Assembly (NCBI RefSeq): GCF_964355755.1
Contig: NC_092675.1
Coordinates: forward strand, 23,222,912 to 23,286,911
From: Antedon mediterranea
Taxonomy: Eukaryota > Animalia > Echinodermata
Reading direction: 5' to 3'
Length of the DNA: 64,000 bases
The position numbers and the translations under genes were made by a program. The notes beneath the pieces were generated by a model that was given only the letters and a program-made list of their open reading frames with translations, made no database searches and had not been told where the DNA came from. Of this stretch, positions 1 through 13,400 are shown piece by piece (within the stretch, counting starts at the first letter, position 1; each line of letters begins with the position of its first letter).

Positions 1-1114
1 GATTACATCAAAGATGCTTGTTGGGTTAGCCATTCTGACATCAAGTAAATTCTGAAAATGCCAAGATTTTTGGTTGATAACTGGTTATAATGATAGAAAA
101 TGATCTTCTGTAGTTTAATTAAATAGCATTAATAGCATAATTATCAGAAGAAATAAACTCAAACAAATCTATAAGAAAGAAAACTATGAAAGAATGTATT
201 CAAACTTTAGTCAATGCTACATTTACAAAAATGATTTTTAAAAATAAATCACATGGTACAACCCAACCAAGTTATTACATCTAACCTTTTAAATGCGGAC
301 TAAATTAGAACTTAAAATTTGGAATAATTAATACATGCAAAAGTACTGTATAGGCCAACCACCCAACTTGACCAACTTCAATGAGCTTACACTTATACAG
401 TCAGTATGGTAATGAAACCAATTTAGGAAGAAAAATATTAGTACAAGAAATATGTTTAATGTTTAAAGATTAGTAAATTCAACAACACCAAAAAAGCGAA
501 AAAAAGTTCAAAATTTGAATTGGTATGAATTCATATTACATGCAAGAAAGAAAAAGATGTTAATTTTAAAAATATGGTTATAGGTACTTACTAGCATGCC
601 TGGTATCATGGGATATCCTCCTGGCTGGTGGCACTGTTTAGCCAATAGACAACAACGGTTTGATTACAATACATGAACACACACAATATCATGCAGAACA
701 CAGCAAGAACCATGTGATTGGGGGAAATCATTTATCAAGAAACTCAATGTATAAATAGACATATTCTATGTTCAACCAAGGAAGAAAATTGTTGTAAAGG
801 AAAATTTTATAAAGACAGATGGTTAGTTTTACCGAGACTGTGGTATGTTCTACTGGACAAGCTGCATGAATTGTAGCCAGAATGTGGATTAGACTTTTCT
901 TTGTAAATATGCTGGCAATTCTGCCAATTCGACCAAAATGAGTCCATTGCGATTAGCTTATTACCCTAATGTAACAGACTAGGCTCTTGCAGCAGGAAAG
1001 AAGAGTACACATTTACAACATGCTAAAATGAAACCGTATTCTACTTGACAATGCACAAACATACATCTTTCAAACATGCACAACCATACATCTCTGAAAC
1101 CATGTTTGTTTGTT

Positions 1115-1320
1115 ATTATTTATTTACACTGGCCGACCTCTTCAGTCACAGACTGGGCGACCAGAGGGCCCAGTTATGATCAGTGACTGTGATGTACTAA
1201 TCCACCGGGGTAACCCCCTAATCGTCTCGAAAGATGCACTACAGTAGGTTCACATGAGCTATGTACACTGGACCTATGGTATATAGTCCTTATCCGGAAA
1301 AAACCTTGTTAGAACTACCA
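1115..1320 (-). mobile_element. Partial copy of the Deu/Nin-domain SINE
   Basis: Similar to 8955-9150 (ggggtaacccccta..cgtctcgaaagatg, tagtccttatcc). Confidence 0.7.
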
Positions 1321-1428
1321 AAAGACTGCATAAGAGAAAGGTCAGACAGGATATTAAACAGAGGGTAGGCACATAATTACTGTACTTAATTAATTATGTA
1401 GTTTAAATAAAACAATGGATATACACAC

Positions 1429-4400
1429 CTTGGGGCTTAACAACAGATTCATCATTTTGGGTGAAGAGACGACAATATCCATCAATCAAGTCTGCCATGT
1501 CCTCAGCTATGCTTGTAGATGGTGTTGTAATGTATACCGCCTGAAATAAAAATAAACATTTTTAAATTTACGCACTTAATGTGAACCTACACTTTGCTAA
1601 TTCTTAATGACAACATTGTGATGGGTGAGTATAAAACAACATGGAGGTTTTTGAAAAAAAAAAACATTTTGAAGAAAAAAACAATTATCAATGTTCCAAT
1701 ACATATTTCATTAATACTTCATCATCAGTTAAAGAGTTTTTGATTAGGCCCTCTATGAACCCATGTACACATAGGAATGATCCTCTACTCTTTTTAATAC
1801 AGGTTTTATGTTCTACACAATAGACAAGACAAATGTGTAAAGGATTTTGTCTACTGTAGGGATACAACCAATATATGGCAAAGACAAATCCCATGCTATG
1901 CTTATTTCTTTACCACTAGGCCATATTATTCTCATACTGGTTTACAAGAAAATAATAGAAAAAAAAACATTGTAACTAAATTATAATTTTGTACAGCAAA
2001 CAAAGATTCTTTAAAAGATAACATCATCACTTTTCATCTCAACATATGAATATGAATAATACACTAAATACACTGGATAAGAGAAAAATAGAACTATTTC
2101 ATTCAATATCAAGTAGTACATCTGAAAGTTATGGCATTTATTTGAAAGAAACAATTAAACAATAATAATTAAATATAGAGTAACATATAGAAAAGAAACT
2201 TGATTACAGAACAGTAATGGTAAGGAAAAATAGAACAAGATAATGTAATTTGTCAGATTCATTAGATACAATAGTGTACATTAAATAACATTGCTTTATT
2301 AATTTATTGGAAAATTGAAGGAGGTTTAATGAAAAATAAAAACAAAACAGATGACAAACATTAAACATCATAAAATATATCATTATGACCTAAACAGATA
2401 TTAAAACAAAAGCATTAAAACTTGTTATGAGCGAGCAAGCAAGCAGATGATAATGAGTTTAACAAAATGTGAAACTTATCACCATAAAATGAGACATGAT
2501 GTGGTCAAATACAGTATGTATTCACCACAACATGGTGAATTTTGTACAAAACTAAACCTTGAGGCCGGTTCACACCTTAGTGGATTGTTCGTTATCCAGA
2601 TTGGGAGCTAAATATAATTATGCCTAACCGATCACTGTCTGGAAAGGGTTAACGGTTATTCGGATTAGAAACGAGCCAACGGTTAGTAATTTTTAAATGT
2701 TTCTTTAATAATAGTCACCAAATATTGGTTTTAGGAGTTTGTTTTCTGTGATTCTTTGATTTTTGGTAAAATATTCATGTGGATGATGTTAACTGTTGCG
2801 TGTATGAACATAGCATTAATGTTTTAATTGATTGATTTTATAATAATAACGAAGCATTGTAATTGTTTCACTTTCTGGTAAATTTCAAGAAAATAGAATA
2901 TTACAAAATCTCAAATTTTCACAATATGTCTCATTCTCTGGTTCAATAGTAAACAAATTTAAAAAGAAAAAAGTTATCATTAAATTAATTGAGATGCAAA
3001 AACAACCAAAATGATAAATAAATCTGTCAGTTTTCAGCTTTAAAACCAGGTAGGAAATACATGTGAAAAACAGATTATCGTATTACAGGTATAAAATGGT
3101 ATCATTCAACCAACACCATGGTGTTTCCACCAAACTCATTAGCATCAGTATGATGGTTCAACAAAACTACAGTCTTCTTTCTATATTTTGATTATACTTT
3201 ATACTTACATGAAAATCTATTGTTTCGTTTCCTGCGAAATTGTCTGGGGAGGGAAACTACAGGAGAGAAAATACCATGACTAGAGAGGTCAGTTATTATA
3301 TTAATATTTATTTTTACACTGTAGGCAAGACTACCCTATTACAAATTGATCAGTATATTAATATAGTTTGAAGTAATTTCTTTTATGTTCCATTCACTGA
3401 AAAAGAATATATAAAATAAAAAATGTTCTAGAATGTATCTCAAAGAAAACAAAACAAGTTTGCATCAATCTATCAACATCTACCAGGCTTGTTTACAAAG
3501 TTTCTATTTAAAAAGTAAAGTGCTTTAATACTTAAAGTAGAAAAAAATATGTGTATTGTGACAGGTTTTCATTGGGTACATTTCTGTATCAATTATTATG
3601 CGTGATAAAGAATTTAGGACAAAAGCAGAAAAACACTATTTTTCTAAAAATGTAAATCAAGTCTTATCGCATTTCCAGTATTGTATCGGCCCCACATGCA
3701 GTGCGTGGCAATCATTAGACCATTGGCACCAGTAGTGAGAGAGTGATGGAATGAAAATATATTCATACTCTAATTGGCTATTTTGAATTAGATTAGGTTA
3801 GATTAGGTGAAATATTGACATGCTGTAGATACATGCATGTTATAGGTTAGTACAGGGAACATTGTTGGTAGTTTTCGGGACAAAACTACCTTTTACAAGC
3901 TACATGTTCATATTGTACAATAGGAGAGGAAAAGGTCAATACAAAATAGGCAGAATGAGGTGTGACAAGGCATATCTTGAAAGAAATGTTTGTAACCAAG
4001 CAATTGTTTGGATTGTCATAAAATCGAAAGATCCACAGAAGCTACAAAAGGCTCTACTAGTATAGTTATTACAAGTTATAAATATTAAACTTTCCAAAAA
4101 TCAAGAAATAATTTTGCCACTTTAGCATACTAAAGTAGCAAAAAGCTATACAAAACCAGTGGCGTATCTAGTAGGGGGGCCGGGGGGCCCGGGCCCCTCT
4201 GATTTCGTTTCCGTCGGCACATCATCGCGGCCGTCGGCAAACAAAGGTGCCGGGAAAAAAAAATAAACTATTTATTCTGACAATAATTGAACTGTTAACA
4301 TAATTCTTTTGAGTGTTTGTTTTACATATCATATCATCATTGATCCCTTCAGATCAACTATTTTTTTTTTTATTACATCAAACGAAACACGTTAAAAATG

Positions 4401-7400
4401 TGTAGCACGTACGTACGGCCGTACGCGGTAGATTGTTTACTCAAAAGTCTTTGACCTTACCCTAAAACCTTGTTTTTGCATGCAGTTGAGCCTCTCATGA
4501 CCTGAGATTTGTATGTCTTCCTACGCTAAGAGATTATATAGTTCCACATGCCATGTGCTTTTTTGTCTAAGATATATTTATTATAAGTGCCAAAAACCCG
4601 TTTTTTTTTCTCGATATGAGGCCTTTATTATTCAAAATATTTAAAGAAAAAGCACATATACCATAAAAAATATCCATGTATTTCATTTTTGGAACAGAAT
4701 ATTACATGAGGCTCAACTACAAAACCACCATTTTGTGATATGATGTCATCGTAAGCCAATCAAAGCTGAGCTTTCTCGCGATTGGCATTGCTCACGGTTG
4801 AATGATTTAGGATTCTAGCTGATTTGATTGGTGGTGGATGCGAATCATCCGCAGCGGAATGTTTTCTCTCGCGCGTGTACCATGAATCTCTCTGATCGTT
4901 ACTACACAAAGTTAGAGCAATGAATTTGTCCGAATTCCGTTAAGTAAACAACTTTATATATTTTATAAGCATTATTTAATAACATGTTTTATTGATATTT
5001 CCAATGGTGATATATAAAATAAATTACTAAAAAACGTAATTATATGTAATTATTTAAACCAAAAATGGCGTAGTTAATAGAATTGTCGACTGAGGCCGCA
5101 AATTGTTTTACTTCTTTCGTGGCTAAAAACGATCATTTTCGGCGATGTTTTAGACCCTATATTTCGAAAACTACAAGTCAGATTTTCCTAATTCTTTCTT
5201 TATTGTAATATGAATACAACATACTAACAGATAATGTTGGTTTGGTTTTAATTTTGCATCGTTATCCCATATAAGACAATATGACTATGTAATCCTAGAA
5301 CATATATTGATCAGAGACGTCGTGTAGTATGTACAGATAATGACACCAATTTTGTCGGCAAATTGGCAATTCCCGGCCCCCCCAACTTCAAAATCCTGGA
5401 TACCCCACTGTACAAAACTACATTATTGCTACAAATTATAACAATGTATAGAAACAAATACAAAAACTATGTTTATAGACACAACATTCGGTAACTTCAT
5501 AAATTATTTAAGTATAGCTATTTTTCCATTAATCATACAGCCAGTTTTATGTCATATTTAAAAGTAACTTAAAAGTACTTTTACTTAAACAAAAACTACA
5601 ATTGTATCATTAATACCTGTGCATCATGTTATCCACAAGTTGACTCAAAATAGTCAGCTACTATTAAAAGCTATTCTATAAACATATACATTATTTTGTA
5701 TTGGTTATTCATTTATTCATTCATTCAATGTTTTATTTCGGAATCTCTGTTCCACAGAAAGTAACATTACATATAAATTAACAATAGACAAATTGTAGAT
5801 ACAAATTATGAGTTTTTCACTGTAAGTAATACCAGGTAAGGGTGAATCCTCTGGTAATATGCCTACAGTATAATTGATTTATTGTCAATGTGAATATCGC
5901 CCTCTACGTCTAAGGTTAAATCTATGTCTATGGTTTGAAATCTTCTCTATAGTGAAAATGTTTTCCAGCATTTAAATATGATACACTAAACATTAATACT
6001 TTCATACTAACCTCATTTGCACCTGTAATCTTCAGTTGTAGTAAGCCCTTCTTATCTTTATCCTTAGTCAAACTCTGCACGGACAACACCTGACTAAAAT
6101 CTGCCATTTTCGTTGGCTGCAAAAACAAATTAAACTGAATACATTATTCAAAATAAAATTGCATATTTATCCAGACACCAAACTGTAATGTGTTTAACAT
6201 GCCAAATGCAGAAATGTTTAGTGTATGGCACAACCATATGGCGTGTTACAAATCAAGCTAATCAGATACGCCTAGTGGTTCCTCCCCTCTGAAACAAATT
6301 ATCTTGATGATAATTAACCGATAATTCAGTGTTAGTAACATACACATTTAACCAACAATCATCATTATTCTATCATTCGATAACCATAACAACAAAGAAA
6401 AACAAATATAGTGTACAGTAAGAATAGTAAACAGTCATATTCATTTACAGTACAGACAGCTTGTACTATTTTGATCAAGTCTGAAAAGATAGTTAATGGA
6501 GTACAGTACACACCCAATTGAAATTACATAATTTATGTTACAGAAATATATCAAATTTTGTATTAGAAATTAGTACCCTCATTATAGAAATTATACAGGG
6601 TTTTCAAAGCACGATTTAAAAATGTTTTATTGATCGGGCATGTGGATTTAGGCCCGAGACAGATCCAAGGCAGCCCCTGTCATGATCAGCAAACTAATTT
6701 CTTTATCATGCCTGAAAAATGAGGCAAATACACTAAAGCACAATGCAATGCAATGCTTCCCTGGGCACAGACACATTTTCAACCCATGCCTTTTCACATG
6801 CTGTAACTCAAGTTCATTATCATATTGTTCTCTCGAGTCTTAACCTTATTGTAAAGACTTGCAGTAACATTAGTGGTCATAAAAAAAAAAGTGTGCATGT
6901 TTGCCAAAATGTTTGTTGTTGTAGGGAGTGAAAAGATGGTTGTGTTTTAAAGTGCAAAAAGGCATAATTATAATGATGTTTTATATAAGAAACTGTGTAT
7001 ATTTGTATTAAACTATTATCAAAATGGTTATCATTTTAAGGATATGCAGCAGAAACTGGCAAAAAATTGACTAAAAATACATTCTTAGTAAATTAAAATC
7101 ATGTTGCTGTTAACCTATTTCAGTTGGCATGCATTAACTGATACTGTATTAAAAACTTTGATGATACAGTTCCTAAATACCATACTGTTAGTCCATTCTG
7201 TCAATATCAGTCCTTCAGCATAAGGACCCAGATTATTTGCTTTTGAAATACAGTATGCTTTGCATTTTTATAAAATTGGGCCAGAACAAAAGTGTTTAAC
7301 AACATTAGCAAAAAAAATCAGCTATAAAAAGTCTGTCATTATCCACATGAGTTTCGGAGAGTAAGCAAAATGACTTTATGACTTGAAAGCTGTATTGTCA

Positions 7401-10400
7401 AGTGGACAAAAGCACATTATCAATACAAGTTAAACTTCTAGTCATCTTGAACTTTTGTTTAAAAAAAATGTTGTTAGTTTTCTTCAATCAAGTGCATTTT
7501 CAAGAGATACTTGCCAGTTTTAAAATTAAAAAAATATGATTATACCTTACTAATTCTAAGCTGATACATCTTGGTGATAACTACAAACTGTTATTTAATT
7601 CAATCTGAATATAATTCACCGCACAAAAAAAAATTAAATGTTAGAGATTTGCCAAACTGAGTAAAGTGTACTTTATCCAAAAACACACATTGCAAGTAAT
7701 TTGATAAGAAAAATGTTAAAGTCATACTCTACCTTGAAAGACGGACTTCTAAAATGGCAGTTATTGGAACTCTGGGAATTATAACAAATTTTCAGTAATT
7801 GGGGAGAGCACACACACACACACAGTTTATGCATCATACATACAATTCTCCCATTCAAACATCCAAATTATACATATTGTATATGTCTACCCCATGACTA
7901 ATGTTCATCTTAATCATGGTAAATAAGTCTTGTACAAAACGTTTACAGTGTTTATAGTGTTCACTTTTTCCATTGTAGGTTTGTGTGGGAAGCAGTACAC
8001 AGAAAAGTAACAGTGCCCTCATTGTCTTAACTTAAGTACAACCAATGTAACCTGTAAGACTTGTTCACTAAATACCTATGTTAATAATAAAAGGGTACAT
8101 GATTTGTAGTTCAGGGTGAATTTCTATGAAATGGGATTGTAGTGTAGCAACAGTAAAGTTTAAATTACAAAACACATGACAAAACCAAACCAATACTCTT
8201 TCCATTGATAATTCAACTAAAATAACTGAATCACGCACAATAACAATGTTATGTTAAAATTAGGTATATAATATAAAACAGATTTTCTTAAAAACAAATA
8301 TAAAAATATAAAAATGAATACATTAACTCAATACATATGGAAAAGTAGAAAAACATTTTAAACATTTTTGTAAACCTTTATAGAATGAACTAAACAACAG
8401 ACCAACTAGACATGGTACTATTAAAATAGCAGAAAGTGAATCTCAAAAGTCAAATACATCATACTGAACGTCCAAGACTGGCATTGTGATAACTTTGGCG
8501 ACTATTCAAATTCAAGCATTTGGTGTAGTTGCATAAGCTATCACAACGATAATTGGATTGTACATGTTAATACTTAACTGCACTGAAACAGCATAGTGTT
8601 TGTTAAAAAAGATTATTGAAAACATTGCAAATTAAGAGTCACCAGCTAACAATACATACAAGACATAGACACAATCATAGACCTTTTTTAACACAAACTA
8701 GAAAGCGTATCGTTGTAACTTCGCTGTTGCCTAGAGTTGACTCTCTAGTTTAAGTTTAGTATCTCTATTCTTTACTCACAAGACAACCTGTTGGTGCAAT
8801 GCTAGCATTTTTCAACATTTTGTTGAGTAATATATTCCTCAGTTCCACTGACTTCCTATGTTCATTATGTTGCTGCATGTGGTAAACCAAATGTTTTACA
8901 TAATACATTAAAGTAATCAATTATTTAATATTTTTAATTTTGAATTGAAATATTTTATTTATACTGGGTGTCCTCTTCAGTCGAAGCATAGTCTTCAAGA
9001 GGGCCCAATTATGATCAGTGGCTGTGATGTACTAATACACTGGGGTAACCCCCTACTCGTCTCGAAAGATGTACTAGTTTCTTTAAAGTGCACATGAGCT
9101 AGATGTGTACACTGGACCTACAGTTTATAGTCCTTATCCAAGAAGACTTGTTCTACCACCAGAACCATGGAGTGAGTGAGCCTCAAACCCCTGCCGATAT
9201 TATGGCTACGTAATTACAGTTACACTGTCTTAACCGCTCGGCCAATCACTCTTAAATTGTAAACAATTAGTACTGGTGGAGCATATAGAACAACACTGGT
9301 GAACAGAAATCTAGAAAATGCAAATTTTCTGGTTTTATTTTGCTATTACAAAACTTCAGATCCACTAAATTGATCTTTCCAAATTAATAATCAATTTATT
9401 TTGTTTTTAATTAATTTATTCAAATATCAACAAATCACAGAAAAAAACTGAATTGCATGGGATTTTCAAAATACAATAAAATCAACAAGTACAAGGACTA
9501 ACAAAATTTAACAAAACATTACAAAAGCGATAAGGCATCATAAATTTTTTCATGAGTTTTCTAGTTCTATAAAACTAAGACATCCAGTTTTATATTTATA
9601 ATATTTAAGATATCTGAGATGTCTAAATTATAGTTATCTAGACACCAGAATAAAAGTTGATACTAACATGAAATTGAAACTATTATCACATCATCATATT
9701 GATATTAAAATTGTTTTATGGAAATTAAGGGATTGTTTATTAGTATCATAATCTCTTTCAATAATAACCTAGACATTTCCTGATTCTTAAACCAATGGTA
9801 ACTATGTCTGTGTGTAGTAATAAGAGAGCTCTAAACAGAGGAAGGAAATTAAATTCTATAACTATTGGGGCTTGTGTTATTATATCATTATAACAATGTT
9901 TTTATGACCAGTACAAGAAACATAAGGTCAAAGTTCAAAATGGTAGAAAGATATAACATTTTCTATTTAAACTACAGACAATTTCAGAAAATTAATAAAT
10001 ATTATGATTTATTTATGCAACAATGCCTGGAATGCAATATTTGAATGGTTACATATCAGTTGGAAAAGAAAAATCTTGTTTTAAGAATAAGAAACTAAAC
10101 ATAACATTATAATATAATATTTCCCATTAAAATATTATTAGTTATGGAACAACGGGAAAAACAATTGACTTACAACATTGGCTTTGTCTGTTAAACAACT
10201 AATTCCATCATCAGGACCAATTACCAACTCTACAGATATACTCCAACCAGTCTGAAAAAGTAGTTAAAATCATGGATAAAAAAATAAATAAAAAACTACA
10301 ATTAATCATTATGAGCTGGTTCACACTAGTGGATTTTCATCCTGTTGGGTTAGGCTATCCATAAGTAGCCTAACCAGTCACACTTTGTAAATAGCAACCA

Positions 10401-13400
10401 TTAAAATTAACCTAATGTGTCCATTTTTGTAAATGTGCTTATAAAGCTGTAGATATTGTAAAATATGATAATATTGTCAAATGTTCAATATTTCTATTTT
10501 TTTTATATATTTTTTATTCAATAACATGTTTATTGTGTACTTTATGGCAATATTAAAGCTTCCGACTTGGATGCAATGCAAGGATGTAAGTGTACCGCAA
10601 CCCATTGGACAAATCATTGTCAATGTCACAAATTTGGAAAGTCACACATATCTCTATTGAAATCTGTAACTTCTAGTAAGAGTAAAGTCAGGATAAAATA
10701 TGTTTCTTTATGATAATTTCCTTATACAATATACCCTATTATCAAATGGTTTGTTCCATAAGATGGAAGCCAGATAAGTTTAATTCTATTCACTGGTTAT
10801 AAACCAAAGGATGTAATTGAAATTAAAGTTTGTAATAAAAAATGTTTAATGTTAAAATGATGGATTAGCAGTTTCCTTATTTGATAATATGACACTCTTT
10901 ATTTCAGGAATTATAGCATAATAAAATAAACTTAGTTAATAAAGAAGATAACAATACGCTACAGTATTTTGGAAGAGGTTAAAGATGTATTGTCCCTTGA
11001 AACACAAAAAAATGAAGGTCAAAATATTCAAAATTTATCAAAGTAATATTAAAGTTATTCACTTCAAGTCGAAAATTCGAGCCAAAAACAACAAGTTACG
11101 TAAATTAACAGGTAAATTAATTTGATTACATTTTGTCGGGAAAATCGTCACAAGCGAAAGTAAACAAAGATTTTAAACCACGAGTATGCATTATGCATGA
11201 TGCTAATTAGGATTGTTTACAACTCGTCACAGTTGAGAAGGTGTTTTCACACAGATCGCGAGGAAGTTTTATGATTATGCATACAGAGTAGCCAAACAAG
11301 TGCGTTGTATTATGAGATATGTTTTGATTGAAAACTTATTTTTTGAACAAAAAAATGTCTGTTTTTCAGTTAAATTATTATTTTTTTCGACTAATTTTTG
11401 GTGAAAGTTAATAACTATTATGACCTTGACTTTTTTTTTAAATCTTTTATTTTTAATTTTTTTTGGAATTTGTCAAAGGGACAATACATCTTTAAGGTTT
11501 CTTTTCCTGCATCTATTTGAAATTGTTGTTGTGTGAATTGGATATTCACAAAATTTAAAATTGTACATTTTTTCACATTTGTCTGTATTATCCAATGTAT
11601 TTAGCCTATCTCTAAAACTGGAAAAATATTACAGATTGTAATAAATAAATAAATACAATTTTGTTTTTTAAATAAGTTTTGAATTATACACATTTTAAAA
11701 TGACATTCAAATCAAGGTTTTGCAATGGGTTTGGAAAAGAATTTGTCCTCGCAAAAAAATATTTTCTGTGTTCTGATTGGCTATTACTAAAAAAATGTTG
11801 CCATAACCTGCATGGTAACCCTGACAAGATGTTGGGTACACTAAAAATTGATTTTAGAAATAAATTGAGATACAAAGTTTTGATTAATTCTATACCTTTC
11901 TGTTATCATAATAACTGTAATAAACTGTACTTACTCCTAATGCACATTTAAATTTTTCATGGTCATATCTGTGTACTCTTGATAAGACTTCAAAGAATTT
12001 AAACACACACTGTTCTTCATTGAGGTTGGCAAACTGCTTGAAGTGTTGTAGTATTAACCGGCGCAATACTTTAGGCTAAAAACAGTTTTGAAATATATCA
12101 AAGTTTATGGTTAATACAAGTTCCATTCACACTAGATGTTTTCAGCAACTATGTTACCAAATTCGTAGCTAGAAAAATCTCTAACCACTGTCCTAGTAAA
12201 TATTTGAGGGGCGCTTTTCACTCTATGTTGGCTAGGTGAACATTTTTACTCAGTTTTTCTGGGTAGGCCTGTTTTTAAAAATGTTCTAGGTTGTTTGCAC
12301 AACAACATGTTTTGTGTTTTTAAATGGCTAAGCAGTTTGGCTCTCAATTGGCCAAACCTCTCGGAAGTAGATACTTTTACAGGACCTGAGGTAAGTCTAT
12401 TTACTAGGCAAGCAGTGTTATGGAAAGTTTCTGGGTTAGTGAAAGGAATCCGACTCCCAGCCCGTTTAAGTAATAGCGACCACTGCAATTGGCAATTGTT
12501 TGTTTACTATTTTAGGGTCAAATTCCATGATTATTGACGATAAAAAACATAATCAACTATTACCTTTGTATTTTCAATAACAGTTTTTGGAAGAAATTTC
12601 TTTAACCCTATTTCCTTCCTAGAGAAAGAAATATTGTTAATTCATATAAACAATTAAATAATGAGATAAACAATACACTATAAATCAAAACATTATAATA
12701 ACAAAAGTTCAAAGTCTGAATCACTAAGGATCAAGCAACAACATAGAATACAAACAAAACTTTGTTATTTTCTTTATAAATAAAAGTATAAATTGTTTTT
12801 AAAATTTATTTTAGATTTAAGATGTTTTATATTTCAGAACACAACATTACATCAAGCTACTCAATGAGAATGGTGCTTTTAAATTGCACTAATAAAGTAG
12901 TAAAATTACTGTATATGCAAAGATAAAAAAGAATAGTCTGAAAGTTTATCAAAACAGGATATTTTGGGCCAGCCCATGTGTGTCCGGTATTGGGAGAGTT
13001 GGCTGTATAGTTTACAAAACAAACAAACGACCTTGACAAAAATAATATGACGCATTTAAAGATTATTTTTAAAAGTAAATAAATTTCCAAATACAAAGTA
13101 AAATACATACTCTAAATACTCAAAGTTTGCTTTTTTGTCAAGAGCATAATGCGGCATATCTTTGAAAAATCTTCTCATTTCCAGACAGCCTAGTTGTATT
13201 GGAATGTCCTGTTCTCCAATGGTCTCTGCAACTTCATTCATATAATCTTGCCGAACCTAATTAAAACAAATGATGATAATGACATATTTAATCAAATCTT
13301 ATCTCAAAGATTTGTATATTATTACTTAATACTAATTCAATTGTTTTAATACTGTATTAAGCATTAGTACTGGTCAACTACAGAGAGAAACCCTAATCTT

